This document shows positions 26,183-36,831 of a stretch of DNA of 62,755 nucleotides, piece after piece (position 1 is the stretch's first letter; the number at the start of each line of letters is the position of its first letter). The notes below the pieces were generated by a model, which made no database searches, was not told the origin of the DNA, and saw only the letters and a list, made by a program, of their open reading frames with translations. A program made the translations under genes and the position numbers. Source of the stretch: a virus (taxonomy: Duplodnaviria > Caudoviricetes); IMG/VR virus record IMGVR_UViG_3300045973_000245, positions 1 to 62,755 of that record; one strand, written 5' to 3'.

Positions 26183-27651
26183 TTAACCCGACGCTGCTCT
26201 GTGACTTTTACAAGATTTCTCATAGGGAACAGTACCCTACAAATACTGAAATGATTTACTCTACTTGGACCCCAAGAATGAGTAGACTCAAAAATGTGGA
26301 TAAGGTAGTTGCCTTTGGATTCCAAGCGTTTGTTAAGAAGTATCTCATTGACTATTTCAATGAGCAGTTCTTTGATAGACCAGTAGAAGCAGTTGTTTAT
26401 GACTATAAGAGGATGATTGGTTTTACTCTTGGGCAGAAAGATGTTAAAGCTGACCATCTAATTGCACTACATAAACTAGGCTATCTTCCTATTAGGATTA
26501 AAGCAGTACCAGAAGGTACAAGGGTTCCACTAAGAGTACCGATGCTTACAATTGAGAATACTCTTCCTGAATTCTTTTGGGTAACGAACTATCTTGAAAC
26601 TCTTATGAGTTGTGAGCTATGGCAGGCAACTACTAGTGCCACAATTGCATATGAATACAAGAAACTTCTAACTTCATGGGCAGATAAGACTAGTGACCAA
26701 CCTGAATTTGTTCAGTTCCAGGCTCATGATTTTTCTATGAGAGGTATGGGCAGTATTGAAGCCGCACAATTAAGTGGTGCAGGGCACTTGTTATCATTTG
26801 TGGGAACAGATACTATTCCAGCAGTTATATTTCTAGAAGAGTATTACAATGCTGACATAGAGAAAGAACTTGTAGGTACTTCTATTCCTGCCACTGAGCA
26901 TAGCGTAATGGAAGCCTACGGTACGGATGAAATGATATCCTACAAACGATTCATTACTGAAGTATACCCAACTGGCTTTGTATCCATTGTGTCTGATACT
27001 TGGAATCTATGGGCAGTGTTAACGAAAGTTATTGCAGGACTCAAGAAAGAAATCATGGCGCGTGATGGTAGAATTGTTATTCGACCTGATTCTGGCGACC
27101 CGGTAGATATTCTTTGTGGAAAAGCTGATGGAGATTCTGTTGAAGAATGCAAAGGTGTAATTGAAATCCTTTGGGAAATCTTTGGTGGAACAACTAATAG
27201 TAAGGGGTTTAAACAACTTGATTCTCATATTGGTGCTATTTATGGGGATGCTATTACTCTGGACCGCGCTAACCTTATTTGTGAAAAGCTTGCGGAGAAA
27301 GGTTTCTCAAGTACCAACGTGGTATTTGGTGTTGGGTCTTATACTTATCAGTACAACACTAGGGATACTTTTGGATTCGCTTTGAAGTCTACCTTTGGTG
27401 TTTTTGGTGGAGAAGAGAAACTCTTATTCAAAGACCCGGTAACTGATACGGCCAATTTCAAGAAGTCTGCAACAGGGCTTGTTACTGTATTGATGAACAA
27501 CAAGACTCATGAGATTGTCTTGCAGGATGGATTAGACCTTCAAGGTCGGGAGTATGCACACAATATGGACATACTACAGGATATCTTTGTGGATGGAAAA
27601 CTAATTGTTGATGATACCCTAGCGAACATTAGGGCAAGATTGGTGGTATAA
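26179..27651 (+). CDS. nicotinamide phosphoribosyltransferase-like protein (candidate Namat of NARP1)
   Basis: DFYK.SH..QYP, HDFSMRG, PATEHS, SIVSDT, IRPDSGDP, YGDAIT, GVGS. Confidence 0.9.
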   Translation: MINPTLLCDFYKISHREQYPTNTEMIYSTWTPRMSRLKNVDKVVAFGFQAFVKKYLIDYFNEQFFDRPVEAVVYDYKRMIGFTLGQKDVKADHLIALHKLGYLPIRIKAVPEGTRVPLRVPMLTIENTLPEFFWVTNYLETLMSCELWQATTSATIAYEYKKLLTSWADKTSDQPEFVQFQAHDFSMRGMGSIEAAQLSGAGHLLSFVGTDTIPAVIFLEEYYNADIEKELVGTSIPATEHSVMEAYGTDEMISYKRFITEVYPTGFVSIVSDTWNLWAVLTKVIAGLKKEIMARDGRIVIRPDSGDPVDILCGKADGDSVEECKGVIEILWEIFGGTTNSKGFKQLDSHIGAIYGDAITLDRANLICEKLAEKGFSSTNVVFGVGSYTYQYNTRDTFGFALKSTFGVFGGEEKLLFKDPVTDTANFKKSATGLVTVLMNNKTHEIVLQDGLDLQGREYAHNMDILQDIFVDGKLIVDDTLANIRARLVV

Positions 27652-27865
27652 TGTATCATCCTCATGTTGACGATAATGTGTGGGTTACTGTTGAAGAAGA
27701 AGATTATGATAGAATCTTTGGCAGTGATAATGGGTTCCCAAATCCATACCAAATAACTATTCCTGGAGTAGTAGTTCATGTATCTGAGAGAGATACTCGT
27801 AGGTATATTGTAAGCACAGTATTTGGAAAACATGGTTTTGAATTTGAAGCTCTAAAGGAGAGAAA

Positions 27866-28168
27866 ATGAGCACGAATGCGTCCGTAGAAGTTTTTGATGA
27901 GTATGATTCATTGCTTATAACAATCTATAAGCATTGGGACGGTGATTCGCTTGGTGAAAAACTAGAAAAGATTGCTGGTAAGTATACTCTTGTTGATGGT
28001 CTTAGAGGTAATCCAGGTGAGGCTAATGGTATGGGTTGTTTTGCAGCTTCTCTTATCAAAGAATTAAAACAAGAACCTGGAGATATCTACATAGTTACTG
28101 CTGGTGATTATCAGCAGTATAACTACAAGATTAAACCCGATGGGGACAAAATTAAAGTAAGTTCGTAA
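27866..28168 (+). CDS. hypothetical protein
   Basis: MST...IYKHWDG...NGMGCFAASLI pattern. Confidence 0.6.
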   Translation: MSTNASVEVFDEYDSLLITIYKHWDGDSLGEKLEKIAGKYTLVDGLRGNPGEANGMGCFAASLIKELKQEPGDIYIVTAGDYQQYNYKIKPDGDKIKVSS

Positions 28169-28177
28169 GGAGCTATT

Positions 28178-28324
28178 ATGTGCTGGCATAAGTGGACAAA
28201 ATGGAGTACTCCTGTTGCTGTTAAATACTATGATGGTTGGATGGATGCTTATGGTTACGACTACGACCAACATAAAACTTGTTTAAAATGTGGCAAAGTA
28301 AAGGTAAGGACGGTGGAAAGATGA
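28178..28324 (+). CDS. small CxHxWxKW...CxKCG protein
   Basis: AAGGAG RBS; MCWHKWTKW...CLKCG. Confidence 0.5.
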   Translation: MCWHKWTKWSTPVAVKYYDGWMDAYGYDYDQHKTCLKCGKVKVRTVER

Positions 28325-28671
28325 AAGTTTATCAGCTTATAGCAGAGTTACAGAAGTATGACCTGGATACAGAAGTATTCATGTCAATTGACGAAGAAGG
28401 AAACGGTTTTGCTCAATTAGACGTTGCTCAGGAGAATGCTATGGAAGATATGGAAAATGGAGAAATTGTAGATGGTGTTATTCTTTGGCCGGGTGGAGCA
28501 GAATATTGGGAAGCTGTAGAATGAAAACTAGATGTAAACATGACTGGCCTAAATGGGGAGAACCCTACTTTGTTGATGCAGAGTGGGGTGGTAAACTTCT
28601 TAAGAAGGAATATCAAAGACGAGCCTGTAATAAATGTGGGCTAATAGAGAAAAATTTTATAGGAGATTACT

Positions 28672-29886
28672 ATGCCTTTGAATGTAGATAGCACACAAAA
28701 ACTGCCGATTAAGATTTGGCTACCTTTGGTAGAGATTCCTATGCCAGAAGATTACATTCTTACTCCGCAGTACAAGATAGATATTGAAGAGGGAGCATTA
28801 GCGCAGGCACATAACCTTGCTAATCTTCCGTTCCTCTATAAGCACGTTGCGCTTATGCCTGATACCCATCAGGGTTATGGTATGCCTATTGGTGGTGTGA
28901 TAGCTGCTAAAGGTGTGGTCATTCCGAATGCTGTAGGGGTGGACATTGGTTGTGGAATGTGTGCATGTGAGACGAGTTTAACTCTTGGGGATATCAACGT
29001 AGAGGATATCAAGTTTATTATGGGTCAGATTCGTGAAGCGATTCCGGTAGGATTTGAACACCATAAAGAACGTCAAGCAGGGCTTCCGTTATTCAACGGT
29101 AATGAAACTGTCATTACTAGGCAAGCAGATTCCGCAGCGTATCAGTTAGGAACTCTTGGTGGTGGAAATCATTTTATTGAAATTCAAGCTGATAGCTGGG
29201 ATAACATTTGGGTGATGATTCATTCTGGCTCTCGTAATCTAGGTCTGAAAGTAGCTGATTACTACAACAAATTAGCAGTTCAGTTGAATGAACGTTGGTT
29301 CTCTGAAGTGCCTAAGAAATGGGAATTAGCTTACCTTCCGATTGAAACCCAGGAAGCAAAAGACTACATGCAGGAAATGCAGTATTGTGTGGAATTTGCA
29401 TTCGCCAACCGTATGCATATGATGAGAGCAATAGAGAAAATCTTTGCTCAGGTTACTGGTGCAACGTTTGAGGATGCAATCAACATTGTACATAACTATG
29501 CTGCATGGGAAAACCACTTTGGACAGAATGTATTGGTACATAGGAAAGGTGCAACTCGCGCTCGTAAAGGTGAGGTAGGTATTATTCCTGGTAGCATGGG
29601 TACTGCATCATACATTGTGGAAGGCTTAGGAAACGCTGAATCGTTTAACTCTTGCTCTCATGGAGCAGGGCGTAAAATGGGCCGCAAAGATGCAACTAGA
29701 AGGTTAGACCTTGATGCAGAGGTTGCAGCTTTAGATGCGCGGGGAATCATTCATGGTGTTAGACATAAAGAAGATTTAGATGAAGCACCTGGGGCATACA
29801 AAAACATAACTGAAGTAATGGATAATCAGGCAGACCTTGTTCAAATCAATGTTCCACTAAGACCATTGGCAGTAATTAAAGGATGA
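28672..29886 (+). CDS. rtcB: RNA-splicing/repair ligase RtcB
   Basis: MPDTHQGYGMPIG, VGVDIGCG, GTLGGGNHFIE, HSGSR, HRKGA, SHGAGR. Confidence 0.95.
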   Translation: MPLNVDSTQKLPIKIWLPLVEIPMPEDYILTPQYKIDIEEGALAQAHNLANLPFLYKHVALMPDTHQGYGMPIGGVIAAKGVVIPNAVGVDIGCGMCACETSLTLGDINVEDIKFIMGQIREAIPVGFEHHKERQAGLPLFNGNETVITRQADSAAYQLGTLGGGNHFIEIQADSWDNIWVMIHSGSRNLGLKVADYYNKLAVQLNERWFSEVPKKWELAYLPIETQEAKDYMQEMQYCVEFAFANRMHMMRAIEKIFAQVTGATFEDAINIVHNYAAWENHFGQNVLVHRKGATRARKGEVGIIPGSMGTASYIVEGLGNAESFNSCSHGAGRKMGRKDATRRLDLDAEVAALDARGIIHGVRHKEDLDEAPGAYKNITEVMDNQADLVQINVPLRPLAVIKG

Positions 29887-30086
29887 AAGTAGGTAATGTA
29901 GTACAGATTCCATTTGTTCATAAAAAAGGAAAAATAAAAGCTGGTGGAGCAAAAGGAATAGTTGTTGAAACAAGAGGTCATTGGCCCCACAAAGAAGTAT
30001 TAGTAGAGTGGTGGAATCTCTATGATAACACCCCGACTTGGGAATCAACTAAAAGATTAACTACTTGGATAGAAGGGATTACTTAA
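29883..30086 (+). CDS. small KOW/SH3-like protein
   Basis: MKVGNVVQ...GIVVE. Confidence 0.45.
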   Translation: MKVGNVVQIPFVHKKGKIKAGGAKGIVVETRGHWPHKEVLVEWWNLYDNTPTWESTKRLTTWIEGIT

Positions 30087-30511
30087 CATGGGTACTTTTG
30101 TTATCGAAGGAATCCTTCAAGCTAACTTTCGTAAGGAAATAGAAGCCGATTCTCTTGAAGATGCAGACTATATTGCTGACGAATTACTTGAAGAGGAAAT
30201 TGAAGACGAGGATATCGTGTGGCCTCCTTATTCGATTGAAATCATAGATGTATCGGAGTCAGAATGATTAAGGATATTGCTGGACATGAGGTTAAAGTAG
30301 GAGATACGATTGCTCTTGCTGTAAGACTAGGCAATTCAGCATATCTGTCTACCTATGAAATACTTTCGATTGAAGAAGCTAAAGATAAGTATATGTATAA
30401 TAGGATTCCTGTTAGAGCGAAACAGCTTTCAGCACATTGGGCTAACTATACTGACAGGGATTCTATACTATACGGAGAACTATTTGAAGAAAGAGCATTG
30501 GTGATTTATCC

Positions 30512-30787
30512 ATGAAAATTTGGAAGTATGAACTTCTTATGGGTACAACTGTGCTGTCTATGCCAAAGTACAGTAGAGTTATGCATGTGGAAAAACAGGG
30601 TGAGACTCCTTGTATGTGGGTAGAAATAGAAAACCAGTACAATGAACCTGTAGAATATGAAGAACGAACTTTTGTGGTTATTGGTACTGGATGGGAGTTT
30701 GGTGAGCGAGAGATTGGTAGATATGGCTATCATGTTGATACTTGGCTAGACGGTTCTTATGTGTGGCATCTATATGAGAGGTTATAA
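30512..30787 (+). CDS. hypothetical protein
   Basis: IWKYEL...GTG...YVWHLYE pattern. Confidence 0.6.
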   Translation: MKIWKYELLMGTTVLSMPKYSRVMHVEKQGETPCMWVEIENQYNEPVEYEERTFVVIGTGWEFGEREIGRYGYHVDTWLDGSYVWHLYERL

Positions 30788-31101
30788 TGATAATTGAAGC
30801 ACTACAAAGAGAGTTAGAAGATTACGAGCTAGAGATTTTAAATGCTCGTCTTGATGCTGAAATATTTGTTTACTATTACGACTATGAATCTTATGAAGGA
30901 TATGGAATTGGTATCTGGAAAAAAGGAAATCTTTATGGATATCATTCTATGGGTCATTGCTCCTGCTATGGGCCGGTGGAAGATAATTTTAATCCAGTGA
31001 CTCCTTATACTGAGAGTGAAATGGACAAGATTATAGCTAACGATGATTATAGCTATGACCATGCTCCCGAAGTTTGGGCTAGATTAAAGGAGATTGCATG
31101 A
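30787..31101 (+). CDS. hypothetical protein
   Basis: YEGYG...GHCSCYGP motif. Confidence 0.6.
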   Translation: MIIEALQRELEDYELEILNARLDAEIFVYYYDYESYEGYGIGIWKKGNLYGYHSMGHCSCYGPVEDNFNPVTPYTESEMDKIIANDDYSYDHAPEVWARLKEIA

Positions 31102-31254
31102 AGTTTGATTTTGATACCTGTAAAGGGCTTGCTCTTGAGGCTAAAGCACTCATGGCTGAAGTAGATTTTCTCTGCCATGTGGAAGATAGTGAAGGTCTTA
31201 AAGACCTTTTTATCAGGCTTGGATATGTAGCAAATGATGCTAAAGGATTGTTTA

Positions 31255-31806
31255 ATGAGTAAAGATTTGACAAAAGAGTTTGCTAAGTTACCGATTGAGA
31301 AGAAAGACATTATCTTTGGCGCGGCTTATGACTATGACCTGTTGAATCAGCAGGAGAAGTTGCTTGAAGAACGGCGTAACAAACAATGCCGTGGCGTAGT
31401 TGAAGTGGCTGCTGATACATGGGGAATTGCTGATGCTGATGGACATATACATCTGAATTTTTCTGGTAAGATGGGTGAAGAAGTAGTAGAGATTGAGATT
31501 ACTCGGCAGAAGAAAATTAGTCGTACTCTTAATACGATTGCAGCAGAAGAGTTGCTCCGTGAAAAAGGTATCTACGACTCTTGCATTGAAGAGGTAGTTA
31601 CCTATGAGTTTGACGAAGAGAAAATTATTGAGGCATACGAAGCAGGGAAAATTACTGCCCGAGAACTTGACAACATCTTTACAGAGAAGGTAAGTTATGC
31701 TACAATAGTAAAGACAGACGCGGAAGAAATCAGGGCTTTGGAATCTGCTCGTAAGGCTATAGCCAAGGCAGCTAAGAAGGGAGAAATGGTAGAAATTGGC
31801 AACTGA
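31255..31806 (+). CDS. hypothetical protein
   Basis: Long ORF at the start of the second replication/recombination block. Confidence 0.6.
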   Translation: MSKDLTKEFAKLPIEKKDIIFGAAYDYDLLNQQEKLLEERRNKQCRGVVEVAADTWGIADADGHIHLNFSGKMGEEVVEIEITRQKKISRTLNTIAAEELLREKGIYDSCIEEVVTYEFDEEKIIEAYEAGKITARELDNIFTEKVSYATIVKTDAEEIRALESARKAIAKAAKKGEMVEIGN

Positions 31807-32063
31807 TGTGACTAGGGATGAGGAACCAGAATTCGTATCCGGGCAGAAGTATAAGGTAGCATATAGACCTACAAGGTATGCTGCGTATCATAATACCTTT
31901 GACACGGTATTAGATTGTCCTAACTGTAAGTGTATCCTCTGGATATATTATGACAGGACTGGTACTAAGAAACTTGGCAAAGACCAGATGAAACTAAAAT
32001 GCTCCAGTTGTGGGCAGTGGTTTATTGCCAACAAAAATGAGATATCAAGAACGTTGGGTTAGT

Positions 32064-32522
32064 ATGCCTGTTCACTACTATGAAATAAAAGGTCATGAAG
32101 TGCCTCTCTTTCCACTACGCTATGTAAAGTATGTTTTTCATTGTTCACGCGCTGGTATTCTGCGTAAAGAAGAGCGAGGACAGCTTAGCCCTGCTAATTG
32201 GAAGACACCTGCTGGCAATAGACTCTATTCTATTGAAGACCTTGCACTTATAGACTACATCTATAAGGAAGTTTTTCCCCATAAACAAGGGGTAAAAGTG
32301 CCAGATTGGGTCAAAGGTCTTGTGGCTGCGGCACTTGCACAAAGCAAGCAAGTTGTGATACAATATGGTAAGTCCGAAAGCGAGGAAGACTGGAAAGAAC
32401 TACACAAAGAATTCATGCAGTTTAATAAGTATAGAGCACAGCTTTATATTGAAAGTTGGAGACGCAGACTGTTAGACATTAACAAATTCTTTCCTGAATT
32501 AGTAGACGATGATGATGAGTAA
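32064..32522 (+). CDS. MerR-like HTH protein
   Basis: ILRKEERGQL.P...TPAGNRLYS.EDL. Confidence 0.55.
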   Translation: MPVHYYEIKGHEVPLFPLRYVKYVFHCSRAGILRKEERGQLSPANWKTPAGNRLYSIEDLALIDYIYKEVFPHKQGVKVPDWVKGLVAAALAQSKQVVIQYGKSESEEDWKELHKEFMQFNKYRAQLYIESWRRRLLDINKFFPELVDDDDE

Positions 32523-32552
32523 TGGTAATACCATAAGTCCAAAGGAAGTAAA

Positions 32553-32735
32553 ATGAAATTTACAGTTGGAGATAGAGTAGAAGTTGTTCGTGCAGAAGAA
32601 AAAGATATGCGTAAGTATATCGGTGAAGTTGGTATGGTAGTTTTTGCTCCAAGGGACTACGATGATTTTTATAACGTGGCTCTTGATGGTGATGATGAAA
32701 TAGAATTCTATGAGTCGGAGTTAGAACTAGAGTGA
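32553..32735 (+). CDS. small KOW/SH3-like protein
   Basis: KFTVGDRVEV...IGEVG.V...ESELE. Confidence 0.55.
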   Translation: MKFTVGDRVEVVRAEEKDMRKYIGEVGMVVFAPRDYDDFYNVALDGDDEIEFYESELELE

Positions 32736-32917
32736 GCATTAAAGTAGGAGACAGAGTACGGATAGCTAAGTTAGATAATTGGCTTCCTATTGAAGACCCT
32801 AGTCAATGGCTTGGTAAAGAAGGTACTGTAACAAAAATAGCCACCTACATAGAGGTAGATATCCTTTTGGATGGAGATAATACTCTTTGGTGGGAAGAGG
32901 AATTGGAGAAAATATGA
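32732..32917 (+). CDS. small KOW/SH3-like protein
   Basis: IKVGDRVRI...GKEGTV...EEELE. Confidence 0.55.
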   Translation: MSIKVGDRVRIAKLDNWLPIEDPSQWLGKEGTVTKIATYIEVDILLDGDNTLWWEEELEKI

Positions 32918-33318
32918 AGGTAGGATTTAGTGCGGGTTGTTCGTTAGAAGTTACTCTCAAGTTCGCAGATTATGAGAACATGAAGCCCTCTTATTGGGCA
33001 GGGATTAAAAAAGAGTATGAAACTTCAGAGGGAGACACTGTTCTTACTGATGAAGAATTACGTACAGGTATTAGTGAGGCCCAAGATGTTTGCAGAAAGA
33101 TTTGTGAAGACAAAATTGATGCAGATATTTATGATGTAAAGCAAGTCAAGGTATTTGAACAAATTCTATACAAGAAAGGAAAGAAATAGGTGCCTTGGTG
33201 GGGATGGGTTATTGTAGGTGTTGTAGGGTTCTCTGCGTTTTGGTATACTGTAATAGCTGTAATAGCTTTTACAGCGTTCAGGGACGTACACAAAAAAATT
33301 AGGAAAGGCTGGTAATTT

Positions 33319-33954
33319 ATGGGTTGGTATGGCAAAGGGTTTGACGAAGCGGAAGCACAGGTTGCTGCCAATAGTCAGTCATTTACAAGAGAGTTCTTCT
33401 TTAAGGCTGGCGAAGACGTTACATTTAGAATGATTGATGATGAACCTATCAACATTCGTGACCATTTTATTATGGGTAAAGGTTGGTTCACTTGTATTCA
33501 GGGCATTAATGATGAGCAGTGTCCTTTATGCGAAGCTGGAAATAAAGCTACAAATCACTTTGTATTCAATGTGTTTGACCCTCGGGAATACACAAAGAAA
33601 ACTGGTGAAAAAGTTACTGGTGGGCAAGCTAAACTATGGCGTATCGGCATTACACTTCTTCGTATGCTCGATAAGAAACGTGCGAAATACGGGCCTCTAT
33701 CTTCTCTCGCAATTGAGATTAGTAAAATGGGCCAAGGCCAGAGTACAGCTTATAACATCGAAGTAGAAAAAGCAGCTAAGGCTGTTAAGCTACCTGAAGG
33801 TCAAGAAGTATATGACCGTTTAGAAGTCCTTGCTCCTAAGAGTCGTAAAGAGTTAATCGCTATTATGAATGGCGCTAATACTCCCGCGACAGCACCAGAT
33901 GAAGATGAAGACGATGATGATGGTGAAGATGATATCGACTGGAAAAAGTCGTAG
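33319..33954 (+). CDS. single-stranded DNA-binding protein (gp32-like, Zn-binding)
   Basis: H..C....CPLC zinc site, strongly acidic C-terminus, adjacent to the DNA polymerase. Confidence 0.75.
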   Translation: MGWYGKGFDEAEAQVAANSQSFTREFFFKAGEDVTFRMIDDEPINIRDHFIMGKGWFTCIQGINDEQCPLCEAGNKATNHFVFNVFDPREYTKKTGEKVTGGQAKLWRIGITLLRMLDKKRAKYGPLSSLAIEISKMGQGQSTAYNIEVEKAAKAVKLPEGQEVYDRLEVLAPKSRKELIAIMNGANTPATAPDEDEDDDDGEDDIDWKKS

Positions 33955-33964
33955 TTAAAAGATT

Positions 33965-34004
33965 GGGGGAAGGGCAGCATTAGTTGTCCTTCTCCCTCTT
34001 TTTT
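33965..34004 (+). terminator. intrinsic terminator
   Basis: GGGGGAAGGGCAGC/GTTGTCCTTCTCCC stem followed by TCTTTTTT. Confidence 0.7.
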
Positions 34005-34022
34005 CATACCTAAAGGAAAATT

Positions 34023-35891
34023 ATGATACATACGATTGACGAATTTGAAAGCATTTTAGGCGTTCTCAAGACGGAGCCTTTGATAGCTTTTGACTTTGAG
34101 ACTATGCCTAATGGTAAATACCCTGCGGTTGAAAACGCTAAAGACGGAAATAAGAACGCCTCTCTTCATCATAAAATGTGCGATGTAGAGGGCTTATCTT
34201 TACGGAGTGAGAATTTACCTGCCTGTTATGTCCCCTTCAAAGACACTAACATTTCCCGCGTAGTATTGAATGAAGGAATAGCAGAACTCTTTAAGCAGGA
34301 CTCACTCTTTGTTGCACACAACATGGCATTTGATGCTAAGATATCGGATTACTTTTTTCATTCCCGCCCTAAAAACAAGTTTTGTACAATGGTGGGGTAC
34401 TGGTATCTAAATGAGAACAGTAAGAAAAGCAAGGTAGCATTAGCCAAAGATGTTTTTGGCCTCAATCTAATTGACTATTCTACGGCCAAGGGATTAACAG
34501 ACGACGATTTTGTGGCATATGCTGAGCGAGACGCAGAGTTTGCCTGGAATCTCTATCATTACCTGAAGGATAAATTACCTTCAAGATTATACGGACTTGC
34601 CTCTACACTTGAAATGGATTTTGTTGATGTGCTTATTGATATGTGCTTACATGGAATGAACATTGATATTGAGAATCTTAAACTAGGTGAGCATGTTCTT
34701 ACTGATAAGGTTCTTGAACTAGAAGCTAAAATCTATAATGAGTTAGGCGAGTTTAATATTGGCTCTCCGCAACAGCTATGTGAGAAGATTTATGGAATCA
34801 AAATCACACGAAAAAAAGGACAGCCAATTAAGCTAACAAAACTCCCCGGTGAGTTTGCTCCTGTTAAGAAGTGGAATCATGGGGACAACCTAGCAAAGAA
34901 AGCACCAAGTACAGATGTAAAAGCATTAGAGTTTCTTGATACTCCTGCGGCCCTTATGGTCAAAGAGTATCGCGGAGTAGCAAAGCTTCTTGAAACATAT
35001 GCTACAGGCTACCAGAAATGGATTGTTGGTGGTAAAATCTATCCAGCTTTCAACCATGTTGGAACTGTATCCGGTAGGTTGTCAAGTGACAAGCCTAATA
35101 TGCAGAACATTCCGAGAGAGCGTTCTCATTATCTAACTAATCCAGATGATGAAAAATCTGGTTGGTGGCTAAGGGATGCTCTATTTGCACCGCCAGGATA
35201 CAAGCTGATTGTGGCTGATGAATCACAGCTAGAAATCCGTATCCTTGCACACTTTTGTATGGACCCAAGCTTAATGGCAGCTATTCTTTCTGGAGAAGAT
35301 ATCCATTTAGCCACAGCTAAACTTATCTTTGAAAAAGAAGACATAAGTAGCGTTGAAAGAGTTTTTGCAAAGACAACTAACTTTGGGGTTATCTACGGAA
35401 TGTCTGTACCAGCTATTGCTGAGCGTTTAAAGATAGACAAAAAAGAAGCTGTTCGATTCTACAATAGGTACTTTGAAACCTTTCCAGGTATCGGTGTTTA
35501 TATGGATGAATGCGCTCAAACAATGGCTGATAAAGGTTTTGTTAAGACTATCATTGGAAGGCGCAGAAGGATTCCAGAGATTTATTCTCCGCAACAAAGT
35601 ATATTTCAACGGGCTAAACGACAGACGGTTAATTCAATTATCCAAGGGTCTGCTTCAGATATCTTGAAGGTAGCTATGGTGAATATCAATCAGGAACTAC
35701 AAGAAAAAAGGCTAGATGCGAATATTCTTAGCCAGATTCATGATGAGTTAGTGATTGAAGTACTAGAACCGTATGCTGAAGAGGTAGTAGAGATTACTAA
35801 AAGACATATGGAACACCCATTTGCAGAAGATTTGAAGGTTCCATTAGTTGTGAACCCTATTATATGCAATATTTGGAGCGAGGGAAAGTAG
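34023..35891 (+). CDS. polA: DNA polymerase, family A, with 3'-5' exonuclease
   Basis: AFDFET, HN..FD, SGRLSS..PNMQNIP, ADESQLEIR, KTTNFGVIYG, QIHDEL. Confidence 0.95.
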   Translation: MIHTIDEFESILGVLKTEPLIAFDFETMPNGKYPAVENAKDGNKNASLHHKMCDVEGLSLRSENLPACYVPFKDTNISRVVLNEGIAELFKQDSLFVAHNMAFDAKISDYFFHSRPKNKFCTMVGYWYLNENSKKSKVALAKDVFGLNLIDYSTAKGLTDDDFVAYAERDAEFAWNLYHYLKDKLPSRLYGLASTLEMDFVDVLIDMCLHGMNIDIENLKLGEHVLTDKVLELEAKIYNELGEFNIGSPQQLCEKIYGIKITRKKGQPIKLTKLPGEFAPVKKWNHGDNLAKKAPSTDVKALEFLDTPAALMVKEYRGVAKLLETYATGYQKWIVGGKIYPAFNHVGTVSGRLSSDKPNMQNIPRERSHYLTNPDDEKSGWWLRDALFAPPGYKLIVADESQLEIRILAHFCMDPSLMAAILSGEDIHLATAKLIFEKEDISSVERVFAKTTNFGVIYGMSVPAIAERLKIDKKEAVRFYNRYFETFPGIGVYMDECAQTMADKGFVKTIIGRRRRIPEIYSPQQSIFQRAKRQTVNSIIQGSASDILKVAMVNINQELQEKRLDANILSQIHDELVIEVLEPYAEEVVEITKRHMEHPFAEDLKVPLVVNPIICNIWSEGK

Positions 35892-36012
35892 GCCGGGAAC
35901 CTGCCGAGCGCATAGGGCTAGGACGCGCTATAAGGCCCCTACGCCGTGACGGTTTCGCGCTGGTAGTATCGGGTGGTGGTTTCGCAGCGCGGCCCTTAGC
36001 GTGTGAGGGCTT
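35892..36012. other. GC-rich structured intergenic element
   Basis: Abrupt GC-rich island with stems CGCGCTG/CAGCGCG and GCCCTTA/TGAGGGC. Confidence 0.4.
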
Positions 36013-36034
36013 AAACTAAAAACGAAAGGATAAA

Positions 36035-36586
36035 ATGAAGACAAACATAAACAAGATATGGTTTACTGGTTCTCATGGTACTGGTAAAACTACTCAGATG
36101 GAGTATTTTCATCAGATACACCCGGAGTTTGGGAAGATGAAAATGGAGCGTCGAGACTTACATAAGCAAGGCATTATTAAGCTGAATAAAGATGCGGCTC
36201 CGTGGGATGAAGTGGTAATTGCAGGGTCAGTTATGCTAGCGATTCTTGCCACCGCTTCACCATTTATTTCAGATAGAAGTTGGGTGTGTAAATGTGCTTA
36301 TTCTCAAGCATTACCCTTTCGTCAAGAAATACTAGACGCATTCCATACATTGTACACAGATGCATTTCCTGGTATGAATGAGGCTACAGAAAAATACTTC
36401 TACTTTCCTCCCACAATAGGGCTAGAGAATGATGGTGTTAGAAGTACAGACGTAGAGTATCAAAAAGAGATTGATTTGAACGTGCAGTTCTATCTTAATT
36501 TCTTTGGCATCCCTTATCACACTATCACAGCCAGCACGATTCAAGATAGAAACTTTGAAATAGAGCGTGAGGTATTTAAAAAGTGA
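36035..36586 (+). CDS. P-loop nucleoside/nucleotide kinase (AAA_28/NadR-like)
   Basis: TGSHGTGKTT, ISDRS, ENDGVRS. Confidence 0.75.
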   Translation: MKTNINKIWFTGSHGTGKTTQMEYFHQIHPEFGKMKMERRDLHKQGIIKLNKDAAPWDEVVIAGSVMLAILATASPFISDRSWVCKCAYSQALPFRQEILDAFHTLYTDAFPGMNEATEKYFYFPPTIGLENDGVRSTDVEYQKEIDLNVQFYLNFFGIPYHTITASTIQDRNFEIEREVFKK

Positions 36587-36831
36587 AGTACAAAGATTAC
36601 GAATCAGCCTACATTAAGTGCCCGGATTGTGGGTCTTTAGTAGATAAAGATTCAATGATGTGCAAGAAATGTGGCTATGACTGTGAGGTAAAAAATGACA
36701 GCAGCAAAAAAACCAAACCCCCAGCTAGGAATCGTTAGAACTTTCTATGAAGTTTGCGAAGGCATAACAATTCTGACAATTTATGCTATACTATGGATGC
36801 TAGTTGGCCTAGCTGGGTATAAGATTTTCAC

